Origin: Paraspadella gotoi
Taxonomy: Eukaryota; Animalia; Chaetognatha
Assembly: GCA_051294375.1 (NCBI GenBank)
Contig: CM119264.1
Span: forward strand, 6,764,804 to 6,828,803
Length of the DNA stretch: 64,000 bases
Direction: 5' to 3'
Under the pieces are notes generated by a model that was given only the letters and a program-made list of their open reading frames with translations, did no database searches and had not been told where the DNA came from. The translations under genes and the position numbers were made by a program. Shown piece by piece: positions 19,686 through 49,510 of this stretch; position 1 is the stretch's first letter, and every line of letters begins with the position of its first letter.

Positions 19686-20091
19686 GACGTAAGAGTCGCG
19701 TGCCCGGCGCCGCAATCCTTGTGCCACGTTTTGCCGCGCTATGTTAATGAATGACTGTAAGTTTTAATGCTAGGGACTGAGCAACTGTCTAGATGTAGGA
19801 CGAAATATTGAACTAACAAAAATGCATTTATTCTTTGAAGTAGACAATAGAGTTTTGAAGTAAGACATCACGTGTGTAGTTTTTGAATTCTGGTTCTGTC
19901 AAATCTAGGAAAATGAAGCGGGAGAATATTTTAGTAAATTAATTATTTTAATTAATTTATCACAACGACTTACATCGTTTGGCCCCTCCGGGATTTAGTC
20001 ACAACATAGGAAATATCTTTTCTCCACGCCGCTTTCGAAATCGGTGCGCGGGAAATTATCGGAATGCTCCAGAAACGGTAGAAGGACGTTT
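19467..20091 (-). CDS. Possible exon pair of an unidentified gene (20091-19974 and 19754-19467), low-quality sequence
   Basis: TAG|..|GTAAGT and CAG|..|GTAAGA boundaries. Phase-compatible reading NVLLPFLEHSDNFPRTDFESGVEKRYFLCCD*IPEGPND|SFINIARQNVAQGLRRRARDSYVT-(poly-Pro)-PLDADQSSENR. Contains one in-frame TAA and an unreliable G-run. Confidence 0.3.
19497..19684. repeat. Poly-G / G-rich low-complexity tract
   Basis: ~190 nt of almost pure G with occasional T. Confidence 0.9.
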
Positions 20092-21509
20092 CTATCGAGG
20101 TGTTTTGTAGAAAAAAAAAAAAAAAATTTTTTTTAAAGGAAACATAAAAACCACAAAGGGATTCGTTATTGCATCCCCGCAATGACCCCGAGCTGTATGA
20201 GTCGACTTGTTAGGCTCTTCAAAACTCCCCGCATTTAGGAGTGAAAATATTACAAATATTGTAAAGTCTAAATAAATCGGAGCCTACTAAAAGAGTGCCT
20301 CTTCCCTAATAATGAATTTAATATTTCAATCAGGATCTTTGGGTTTCCCGCTGCTATGTGAATTCCGGTTCCACCCCCCGCTTCTATAAGATTTTCCGTT
20401 CTCTCTTTTCCTTCCCCTTTCCATGTTCTGACTGCAGTAACTGCCGTTGTTTTTGGTTCCATCTCCATTTTCGGTGCCGGCTCCCGCGCGTCGGCTCCCG
20501 CGTCGGCGCTGGCGTCGGCAGTCTGCATCTGCTTTCCCCGGTCGGCATCTGCTTCTGGAAGATCTCAACGGGTCTCGGTCACCATGGAGTTTGATAACAG
20601 GAATGATATAGGATTTGTTCACGGAACGATAAATATTTGTAATTCTGTACTCGTATTGGTGAAGGTTGGGTTTTAGGAAGTGGTGGTTCTGGTAATATTT
20701 TTGGTTGGGGAAGGGTAGTTTAGGATTTAGTTCTGGAGCGGATAAGTTTGGGGGGTGAAGGAAATAGAGGGTAGAGTTTTGGAGGATGATTTTGGGTAAA
20801 CACGGGGAAAGTCCGGTAAAGGGTGGTTTGGTAAAGGGAGGTGGGGAATTTGGGGGAGATGGGATAATTTTGGGAGGTGGGGTGATGGTCCGGGGGGGCT
20901 GCGGGTAATTCATTTCGTAAATTGAGTATTTCCTCCCCTTTAACGGTGAAACAAATATATAACGAGTACATTGCTATTGAATATTTTCGACTATTTACTA
21001 TTGAAATGACAGATGAATTGTATTTTAATATTTTATTTATAATAGATTATTCTCGTGTTCAAATTGTAATTTATTTGAAACAGGTAAGTGAGTGTAATTG
21101 ATAACTCAAGTATGAGTTTCGATGTACAATTCAGTCAAGAAAAATTATTTATTTTTTAAAATGAATTATTGACGAATGTAAATAAATAACAATTTTTTAT
21201 CGTTTTTAATGCTGGACTTTACGGGGTGGGGAATGATTCGGGGGATTTTCGTCATGTGTTTTTTTGATAGATGGGTGGGGGATCAAAAGAGGGGAGTTGG
21301 GGATGAACGTCTTTATTAGGTATCATTGGTACTTTAAAAAGGTGCACTCTATTGGTCGGGGTTTTTGGGAGAATGCAGATAATGATTCTTACTCGAACTG
21401 TTTTTTTTGCTGAAGAATAAGCCCAGACGACGACTTGAACGTATTTTAGGGCATATGAGCTTCGCCACGACTTTATTCGTGGNNNNNNNNNNNNNNNNNN
21501 NNNNNNNAA

Positions 21510-21512
21510 AGA

Positions 21513-21556
<44 letters not shown>

Positions 21557-22216
21557 AAAGAGAGAGTGCACAGAAAAATATCATTCAACAAAATTAAGGT
21601 CAATTTTAAAAGGACCTTGGCTTCAAATGGCCAAAACAGTTGTATATACACTTATTTTAAGACAGACTGACATACAGGCCGACATTTTAAGACAGAATGA
21701 AAACAACGCCTCCGTTTTTTCCCCAAGGTTCGGCGAGACGACCTTGACCTTAATTTGATTTTTTTCGCCGGCGCAAAGACTGAAATTCTTCACTTTTCTC
21801 ATTTTCGTCACGAAAGCTTTTAGCAATTTTTAAATAACAGAAAAGGCAGCCACGTAAAAAAAAAAAAAAAAAACCAAAAAAAAAAAAAAAAACAATTTTT
21901 TTTTACGTGGCTGCCTTTTCTGTTTATTTAAAAATGCTAAAAGCTTTCGTGACGAAACTGAGAAAGTGAAGAATTTCAGTCTTTGCGCCGGCGAAAAAAA
22001 TCAAATTAAGGTCAAGGTCGTCTCGTCCGAACCTGTGGGGAAAAAACGGGAGGCGTTGTTTTTCATTCTGTCTTAAAATGTCGGTCTGTACGTCAGTCTG
22101 TCTTAAAATAAGTGTATATACAACTGTTTTGGTCCATTTGAAGCCAAGGGTCTTTTTAAAATTGACCTTAATTTTGTTGAATGATATTTTCTGTGCACTC
22201 TCTCTTCTCTTCTCTT

Positions 22217-22260
<44 letters not shown>
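21510..22260. repeat. Fold-back palindrome (arms ~21510-21856 / ~21903-22260); a third copy of the arm lies at ~15952-16300
   Basis: aggcagccacgtaaaa...ttttacgtggctgcct around an A/T-run centre. Arms are near-identical apart from indels. Confidence 0.92.
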
Positions 22261-23666
22261 CTATGATTCTTTATACATATTAAACAATTAAAATGCAAAA
22301 TTATTTGGAGGTATAGAATTTGGCAAAAAGGAGACGGAAGCATTTGTTGTTTTGTTTTGTTTTCAAAAACAAATAAATTTAAAGTCGAAAAGAAAAATTA
22401 ACTAAAATCACAAAAAATCACAAATTCAAAGACTTCTTTTAAAATTATTTTTAAGAAAACACATGAAGCTCATTTCTTTATATTGCAAATATACAGTCCG
22501 GTGCAAAAAAAAGCGCCACTTTATAACTTTAAATTCCAGACGCTCTATAAAGACATTTTTAAAAATTATATATAAAAAAAAAATATTTTAAAAAAGGAAA
22601 CAATATGACTAAATTTTATTACGATCGGTCAAGTCGTTTAGGAGATATGATTTTTTAAACTTGAGTATTCCAAAACCAAATGGGAAAATCGTTTGAATTT
22701 TTGAAATTCGATAATGCCATTGATGAGCTAAGAAAAGTAAGAAAGTAAGCAAGCCGGACTAATGGGAGTTTAAAAATAAAAAACGTCAGCAATTTTTTTA
22801 CCAGGGTGCAAAATCTGAAGTCGTTTTATGAGATAATTTAGCGACAGTATTTGATCATTTCATTTATCTCCCATTTGCCTCTGGGAAAGATGTGCATAAT
22901 GATAAAAAGACACCATTCCCGAAAACTCCATAAAAAAAGAAACATTATCAAGTTGTTTGGAGGAAGAGACGTCCATCTATAAATTCCCAAAAGGAGCTAA
23001 TGTAGAGAAACTTTGGCCTCTCAGAGTCAAATCGCTGGGGAAAACAGAGAAGAGGATGAAAAAAACAGAAGAAAAAACAAGAAAACAAATAAAATAAAGA
23101 ACGAAAAATTAAAAAAAAATGAAAGCAGAGAGAAAACAGAGAAAACAGTGTATCAACGAAAGANNNNNNNNNNAAAGTTACTGTATAAACGCAGTGAAAA
23201 ACAGAGACACGAAAAGAAACAAAATCACAAAAATAAGTAAAAGAGAAAAGTAAAGAAACAGAACGAGAGGCGAAAAGAAATGAAATAGAACAAAAACGGC
23301 TGGGAGAATTGGAGAAAAAAAAAAGAAGGAAATAAGAGGAAAAAGAAAATAGAGGAAAAAAGAAAAGGAAACCGTAGAATGAGAAGAGAGATTGAGGTGA
23401 ACGAAAAGACGGCACGCCTTCACACCTTTTGGAACGTGAAGGCGCTGAGTTAAAACGGTCGACGAATTTTCGCTGACGTCAATGTGTCAAAATTAGTCAA
23501 ATTCTGTCAACTAGCTATTTTAAAAGAAACCAAAAAAAATATTAAAGGGGGAAAATAAGGAAGAAAAAAGGACGAATAAAGAAAGAAAGAAAATAAGGAA
23601 AGAAAGAAAAACTGAAAAGAAAAAAATGGTAGAACAAAAGAAAGCGAGAAAGAAAGAAAAAAAGAG

Positions 23667-23757
<91 letters not shown>

Positions 23758-23930
23758 AAATAAATAAATAAATGACATCTGATTTTCTGTCGCCAATAAA
23801 GGTTTCAAAATTTAAATAGTAAAATCTTCAGACGGGCACGAGCGCGCGGGAAGCCTTAACGAAAGAAAAGAAAAAAAAATAAAAGAGAGATTAGACCATA
23901 AAAAGTAGTGGTGAAGGGGAGTGCCATAAA

Positions 23931-23980
<50 letters not shown>

Positions 23981-24049
23981 AGACAATAAAGCAGAAAGGG
24001 AGGGAGAGTCGAACATGTGTCGTTTGATTTTGAATTTGAATTTTAGAGC

Positions 24050-24727
24050 GGACTCGCGACTTAGAACTCACGACTCAGGACTCACGACTCAGATCTCGCG
24101 ACTCAGAACTCACAACTCAGATTCTCACGACTCAGGGACCTCACGATTTCAGAACTCGCAACGACTCAGACTTAAGCTCACGATTCCAGAACATTCTACT
24201 GATGCGCTCAATCTCACGACTCTGAACTCAGATTATTAACTCACGACCGTTCTCGACTCAGGAACTCATGACTCAAATCCCTCATGACTCAGAACTCCAC
24301 GACTCAGACCTCACGATTCAGATACTCGCACTCAGAACTCACAACTCTAGACTCACACTCAAACTCACGAGCTCAGAACCTGGAGTCATATCGCGTCAAG
24401 ACTCAGAACTACGATCATGACATTCATAACTCACCGAGCTGCCAGAATCAGACTTCATGAACCAGAACCTCATGAACGATCCACGACTCAGAACTCACGC
24501 CAGCCACCGTCAGAACTCACGACTCAGAAACTTCAACAACTCAGAAACTCCACAACTCAGAATCACGACTCACGAACTCATGATTCAGATCTCAAGACTC
24601 AGAACTCACACACATACAAGACTCACGATTCAGAACTCACGACTCAGAAATCAAGACTCAGAACTCAAGACTCAGAACTCGCGACTCAGAACTCACGACT
24701 CAGAACTCACGACTCACGATTCACGAC
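24050..24727. repeat. Minisatellite with 14-bp unit ACTCAGAACTCACG (two 7-mer halves)
   Basis: Clean units at 24655-24720; degenerate or noisy units upstream. Confidence 0.9.
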
Positions 24728-24960
24728 CGTCCAACACAATTAAATTAATGGACTCTCCGAGCTTTATTTAATTCAAAATGCAACTTTTAACATCTTCCAT
24801 CCTACATTTTCATAATTTGGCCCTTCGGAAAAATCATTTTTAGCCAATTCAACCCTTTTTTTAAACAGAAATAAAAGCTTAAATAAGAATTATTTCAGAT
24901 TCTTATTTTTATCAAGAGATCGTTCTCGAACAATAAAAATAATCTATAAACAAGAGTTTA

Positions 24961-42096
<17,136 letters not shown>

Positions 42097-42949
42097 ATCT
42101 CTCTCNNNNNNNNNNNNNNNNNNNNNNNNNTTCATTGTTGAAAATACCCGTATAGAAATCACTGCCTATAGTTTCGCAGTATTATTAAATTTACATTTTA
42201 TAACAATTATTATAATTCGTTTTCGTTATCTCTTTAAAGAGGAAAGTCGGAAATGGAATTACACATTGGGGAATTTTCGACGACAGCTGCGACCACAGGG
42301 GCCTTAACTCACAATTGTTCTGGCAAGGTAACTCACCCTTTCAATGTGACGAGTGGGAACCTTCCTTTTTTTTTGGATTTCGCATTGAAGCAGACTGTAC
42401 CGACAGTTTATTCAAAAGTACAACTGTACAGATTAACGTTAAACAATGACGAACTTCCGCTTCCGGGAGGGTGCACCATAGGATGATGTTGAGAAAATTA
42501 TGTTTGTAGTAAACGACCAAAAAAACTCTTGAACCTAAAAAACATTTCACGCTTAAAATAGAAAAAAAAATCTGCGCAGTAAATTCGCTTTTAAATAGAG
42601 TAGAAAATGTTGTGTACGACTACTGTTTTCAATAGGAGCCTGAAATAAAGCTTGCTCAATGGGAATAAGCTTGGTGAATTCTCATCCCAGTCAAACACTC
42701 CATCACATTCCACAACTCGTGCTCATTGCTTGGTAGTCAGTACCTACGATTACCTACCAACCACAACTAAAGAATCTCTTTTCCTCCACATGCAGGGTCA
42801 CGACGACCCCACTTCCGTCCTCACCCACAACCGCCCACCGACGCAAAATGCCCACGCCCGGTTTCGCTTATGGAGCGGGGCGGCTGGGCCGCCCGCGCGT
42901 TTCCCTCTGCCTCCCGCCAAACGACGAAGGCTTCCGGACGCTGGCTCCA

Positions 42950-43002
42950 TTATTTAAATCGGAGTCGAGGATCCCGGGAAAGTCTCAAGGCCGAAGGGGG
43001 GG
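42950..43002 (+). repeat. Dispersed repeat shared (inverted) with ~52708-52767
   Basis: ttattta..cggagtcgaggatcc.gggaaagtctcaaggccga..ggggggg matches the reverse complement of the 52.7 kb segment. Confidence 0.65.
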
Positions 43003-46000
43003 GAGGAATGAGGGAATTATTAAAAGAAAAGCGCGCGAGTGAGGGTAGGGGGAAACGAAGAGGAAGAAATGTTCAGAGGTGATTTAGGGGGACATGAGAC
43101 GAGAAAAAGGGGGACGTGGGAAATTAGTGCGAAAACAAAAGGGAGGAAATGAGGAAAATAATCAGAAAGTTCAGCCGAAGTTAATGCAATTTGTATTCTT
43201 TCTGTCTCTGTTGCTTAGATTAACATCTTACAAATGATTAGAATGGATTATATAAAATAATATTACTATATATTATACAACACTCTGCATTAAAAAGTAA
43301 GTTTATAAAGAATTTTCCGCCCATTTTGACCCTAAGCAAAAATAATGATGAGAAGAATAACATGCAAAATGGGCTCTTATCTCCATCTCTCTCTCTCGTC
43401 CGATTCTCATGTCCTTCCTTCTTCACTCATCTCTCAGTCACTCTCCCTCGCTGTTCCCTCTTCTCATCTTTCCATTCTCCTCTCTCATCTCTTCTGCCCT
43501 CCTCCTCTCTCCTCCCTTGACTCCACCACAAAAGGAAGTGCGTTCAGGAAGAAAAAGGGTGGCGAGAACTAGTCAAGCGGAAGCAGGACAAAGACAGTAA
43601 GGGTGGTTAAGTAACAGAGGGGTGACTGCAGAGGCAAGGAAAAGTGTGTGAAAGGGGCAAAGGTCAGGAAAGGTGAGGGCAGGCCACTAAGTATACGTAT
43701 AGTTAATAGGAAGTGTGTGAGGCAGAGACAGTGTGTAAAGGTTTGGTAAGGTGTTTGGTAAGGTGTTTGGTAAGGTGTCTTGAAGGGAGGGAATAGCCAG
43801 ATAAACTGTGTAGGAGCAAAGGAAGTCTAGAGACAAAAAAAAATGGCAAGAGTGAAGATGAACTGAGGCAGGGGAGTTGATGCGAGATGGGAGGAATAGA
43901 AAGAAAGTCAAATGATTACGAAGAAACGAGAAAAAGGAAGGGTCAGCCGTGAAAGGGGGAAAAAATTTGAATAGAAATGTGGGTGTTTATCGCACCGATA
44001 TTGTAAGGGGGAAAAGAAAACTAAAAAGCTTCTCGGTGGACAATAGAGAAGGAAGAGTGAAAACTTAGGAAGAGGAAAAAGAGAGATACGAATGGGAAGC
44101 AAATCGAATAAAGAGGTAAGAAGGTCACGCGAGGTTACTTTGGCTAATGGAAGATAGAGACAGAGAGATCATAGTAATAGAGTTAAGGAGAGAACGAGGA
44201 ACAGAGAGAGAGAGATAGATTGTTAGTAAAATGCAAAAGACTTGGTTTGAGAGAAAAAGTAAAGAGTCGGTAAAAAATTTTAAAAAAATATACGATCATT
44301 ATTGATTATAAAATATGCTAATTAGAAAAATAATAAAACAAAAATTCAAAAAAAAATAAATTTATGATTATCATTAAAGTAAAAGTTATTAGTTATGAAT
44401 AAAAATAAATAAATGAAGGAAAAAAATTGAATGATAAGGAAAATGTCATGCTTGTGGCTTTTCAGTTGGATTTTCTTGACCATTTAATGATTTGGTTTTA
44501 GCAACTGTATATTTTAGACTTTTAATAGAACCATTTTGGCTTATATCTTTATTTGATGTGATTTGATAAACTGATAAATTGATAGACCGACAAACCAAAT
44601 GAAATGTGGCGCTTACTATAAAATCGAAATCAGGATCTAAAACGACGGGAGATTGATGGAATTGAGAATCGTGGGGGGAGGGCGGGATGGAGGGGGGGCG
44701 TGGGTTGGAGGAGGGGTGAGCGTGAAAAAAAGGGCGAGCTCGTGAAATTGAGGGAAAACGGATTCAACTTCGACATCTGTCTTTTTTTGTTTTTTTTTTA
44801 TGGTATTTCCCCCACTCGAGTAATTACCTATTTATTTATTATTTATTATCACTCTATAGTTTTTGTAAATATCAGTTTTGTTTTGTTTACTTCCTTTTTT
44901 CAACGTAATGTTTGTCGTTTAAGAAAAAAGGGACATGAAGTGTGTTTTTGTTGTTGGGCCGAAAAAAAAAAGCGGTTGTAGCAAAACAACAGAGTCGTTA
45001 ACCCAAACAGAAGGGAACAAAGAAAGCGGAAAAAGTGTCGCAATTTTCGGGCGAAATTACCGATTTCCATTTTGTACTCCGCCCTGCGGGTCGGTTGACT
45101 TTGCTCGAGACTTTAGTGCTCCAATATTCTGTGGAGGACGGTGGTCTCAGCGATTAATCTGTTCCAGTTGTTCCCTACATTTTTTTTACAGTTTTTATTG
45201 TCGTTTTAACTTCCGTATAATCCAGCCCCTTATGTAACTTTGTAGTTTTTTTAATTAAAACTTAGAACGTTTGAGTTTAGGATAAACAATGATTTTTATT
45301 TATCGTTGTTTATCCTAAAATTAAAAGCACAACGAAAAGAAAGGATTTCCTATAATTACAACTTAAAATGGGGCCAAGATGTTGAATAACGATGAGCAGA
45401 AATTCTGAAATCCTTTAAACCTCATACATTTCTCACTTAAATACTTTAACGAATGTCTAATGTCAATAAAAACTGAATCACGAACGCGCAAAATTTAGGA
45501 TTGTTAAGATTACACAAGTTAAGCTCCTCCAAGGCTCCTCAAGGCTTGGCTGCCAGGGGGTTTAAACGTGGAACAGAAAAGGAAGCTTGAGAAGGAGGCG
45601 TGAGGGTGGCGCTCGGAAGGGACACATCCGGCGCCAACTCAATTGAAGCAAAGAAAAGAAAAAAGTGTCTTCTTGTTAACTTGTGAAAATTTCATGAGTT
45701 TTTTTTTTTCTCCTTTCCCGGATCTTTCCGCCTATTTGCCAAGAATTGGGGTTTTGGTTCTTTTCTTTTTTCATTTTTTTCTTACAGTTATATAATATAT
45801 ATATTCTTGGAACGGAATAATTATGTATAATAATAATAATAATTATGTACTGTGGCGGTTATTAATGTCACATTCGAAAATTTTTGACTTTACCCAATAC
45901 CATCACCGAGGCAAAAAGGATTGGAATCAAGCGAACGACGTTTTTAACGGGACTTTGCCTTTCCTTAACCATTTTCATTATTTTTTCAAGAACTCAAATC

Positions 46001-46285
46001 TCGGTATATTTACGTATGCGAATATTGAGCATGCCTTATGCATTCGATTCATTCCAATTAGTTCAGAGTTTTGACAAGCTAAGTCGTGACTTTTCTCAAT
46101 GACGGTTGTTATTAAAAAAAAACAAAAAAAAAAACAAATAATTGTCGATCCGATTTAAGCCCCTATGAAAAAAAAAACGGAAGAAGAAACTGTTCCTGTT
46201 TGGGAACAGAATTGAGAATCGGAGAGATTTTTAATGTCATTACAGATTCGGAATCCAGGGAAAAAATTCAAAACCAAAAAAAAAA

Positions 46286-49200
46286 ATGTTTTTCTTCATG
46301 TTTTTCGTCGTGTTTTCTTCGACGACGTTTTCTTCTTCGTCCTGTGCCAACGAAACGACGCCACCGTCCTCTCCTCCGGCGTCGCAGCTCAACGAATCGT
46401 CTTTCGGCGTCTTTTGGAACGCGCCGTCGGACTCCTGCGCCCGACGCGGCGTCAAATTAGACTTGGACAAATACGAAATCAAGCACAACCCGAACTTGGA
46501 ATTTTTGGGTAAAAATTTGGGGTTTTTTTTATTCGAAGTAAAATATCGGAAAATATATAGACAATAAAATATTGGCTTCTGGATCAAGAACTTGGTTAAT
46601 AGTTATTTTTGATTTTACCAATAAAGTCACCGCATCATGGCTTCCGAATTTGACATCATATTCGTCATTTCATCTTTCAAAATATCAAAATATTATGCCT
46701 CAAGGGAATCGTCAACTTCATATGATGTCACTCAAAATATTTAGCGAATCTAAGAAAAGAGAATCCAACAGAATTCCGTTTTTCTGAGCCAAAATGAAAT
46801 TTCACGATTATCATAAAAATTGCCTGACTGTCGGTCAGCTTTTTCGTTGTATTATTGTTGGCAGCAAAAAAAAAAAAAAACATTTTGAAACAGGTGTTAG
46901 TTCGTTAACCTTTTGTGAAAGAAAATAAACTTTAAATTCGAGGACCCGTTATATCCTTGTTTTACGCCGACTTCACAAACTTCGGGGCTTTCCCATATTT
47001 CGACTCTCGAGGAAAACCGGTTAACGGAGGAATACCTCAGCTCGCCAACCTTACCCTTCATTTACTGAGGGTAATTAATTCTTATAATTTTTTCATATTT
47101 GAAATTTAACATGTGACATATATTCAAATATAAAATGACTCCGCTTGTTTTTTCTCGTGAAACAGATACGAGATCACGTGACGTCCGCCTTGACGCCCGA
47201 TTTTTCCGGTTTAGCGATCATCGACTTTGAACAGTGGCGCCCGACCTTCGATCGTAATTGGGACAAACTCAAGATCTACAAAGACAAGTCCGTCGAATAT
47301 GTCAAACGACGATATCCTCAAAAGTCCGAGGAGCAAGCACTGGTAACGAAAAATTGTTTGTCTTTATTCTCATTTGCATATTGAAGTAATTTTTGTAACA
47401 AAATCTTAAAAGAATTACCTAAAGAAATTTGTTCCGGTAGAGACAAATTAGGCGCGATAAAAAGGAATTATTTAGATTGTTAATAAATTAATTTAATTAA
47501 ACTCTTGTTATGGCGTTAAAATTATTTATATATAATAAGCTTTGAATATTTGACAAAACGAAATGTCGTTTAAAAAGACAAAAGTAAAGTATAAAAAGGC
47601 GAAAAGAAGCTTTTTCATCACAAGAGGCGGTAAGCTCATCTAGGGAACCACTTAACGGTCGTTCTGGCCGAACCTTCGTTCCCGAGAAGGTCTGAGAATG
47701 GATCGTCAACCCTCTAGAAGGGGGCGCCTTTAAGGGGCGGTGAGAGCACCAGAAATACGGCCCTACCCGTTGCCAATGCGCATGACTCCGAGCTCCCTTG
47801 GAGCGAAGAGGACGCGGCAGTCGGGTCAGGTTGTGAAGCTCTCATGATCCGCGAACTGAAGCACAATTGGTGAGATCCTCGCCTGTGAGGAAATTCAATT
47901 CAGACTACTCTGCCACCTCTACCTTTTTATATGTTTTATAAGTCTTTTAGTCTAATTTGCATATTCCGGGAGGGGAACAAGATTAGTTTTTCTCTTTAAC
48001 TCAGCTTTAAAAAAGGAGAGAGTACGACTTAATTTATTCATACGACTCTCATATTGCACTCTCTTCTTTTAATCTCATTTACATATTGCAGTGAAAAACT
48101 AATTTACTTTTCACGGAAAAGTTGGGACATTTCTATTTAAATTCATAATTTGTCACCGGTTAATAAAAACTAAACAATAAAAATATTCCGATAGTTTGTC
48201 ATTAAAAAAATACTCACTAACTCAAAATATAAATTTCACGTAAATTAAAGAAAGGCTTAAGGAAACGGATCTCGATTACCCATCTGAAAGGAGCATTTAT
48301 AAACGATACGATCCGTCGATATTCGTTGTAGCCGCGAAGATCCAATTTCGGAATCACACAATAGCACACCGTTGCTACATATCATTCCGGAGAAATTCCC
48401 TGCATCTCTGGTAGAAAGTACTGACCGTAAAGGTGAAATTCCGGCGGCAACGTGCGTTCATTGGCCATGACCTCGTCAGAGGGAGCCGCGCAGCCCCGGA
48501 ATCATGAGAGCAAAGAAATTTGGATGCGACGCTACGGCGGCGTACTAGAACAGGGATTACTCTCGCGCTACTCACTTTTTACCTCATTTTTCGAATTTGT
48601 TTAATACGTGTCCTTGGTTTGTTTATTTTTACGTACTGTACTAGCTCTGATGCCATATTACGTTTATTTCCACGGAGTCGAGAATTACGGGTGTGATAAT
48701 TTGTACTTTGGCGGTTGTATAACGATAATACCAACGTCGTACATATTTTATTCGATTTTACTTTATTAGTAATAGTGTGATCCTTTTTTTACTCGGACGA
48801 ATATTCGGGCAAAGCGAAAATTTCGATATTTTCTCGAAAAATTGTTCTCTTTTGCAAATCCCCACGGTTTCGAGGTTTGACCCCATCTGAGCATTTGTCC
48901 TTTTCGAAATAAACGACTTTGGATTCGGCAGGGTCTCGAGAGATCTTGCAGGGAAACTAATAGTGGGGATGCAGGGTCCCCTCAAATAGTTATTTCGAAA
49001 GTTTTTAGTGACAATTTATTCTGGGAATCTCTGCAGGCTGCAATGATAGGAAATTTGCTTCGATCTTTGTAGAAAACCTAATCTAAATCTTTGCAGGTAA
49101 CCTTGTAGATAAGTTTTAATGGCAAATATCTCTAAATGGAATTAAACAGATATTTTGGCAAGGATCTCGGCAGGGTATCCACAGAGATCTCGGTGGGGAA

Positions 49201-49414
49201 ATCGTTAGAAACTCATCATCTGTCTCCCACCTCCCGATTCCGTTGAGAGGAGCGAAAAAGTTTCTCCTTCATCCCCAGGGACAAAAGACTCATCTTCATC
49301 GTCATTCTCAGAAACGATTCTCTCTCTCTCTCGTTTCTTTACGTCTCGCTCACCGTCTCTCCGTCTCTTTCTCACTATTCATTTCTTTCCTTTTTATTTT
49401 TCCTCCATCCCTCG

Positions 49415-49510
<96 letters not shown>

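Noticed and set aside
22492-22520. TA-CAGTCCGGTGCAAAAAAAAGCGCCAC resembling a Tc1/mariner TIR
   Set aside because: No matching second TIR or transposase found in the window.
24050-24727. Regular repeat array considered as CRISPR-like
   Set aside because: Head-to-tail 7/14-bp units with no unique spacers, no cas genes, and a eukaryotic context.
48920-49200. Third ncRNA in hyaluronidase intron 3
   Set aside because: Looks like a degenerate GATCTYGCAGG tandem repeat with no TATA or terminator arrangement.
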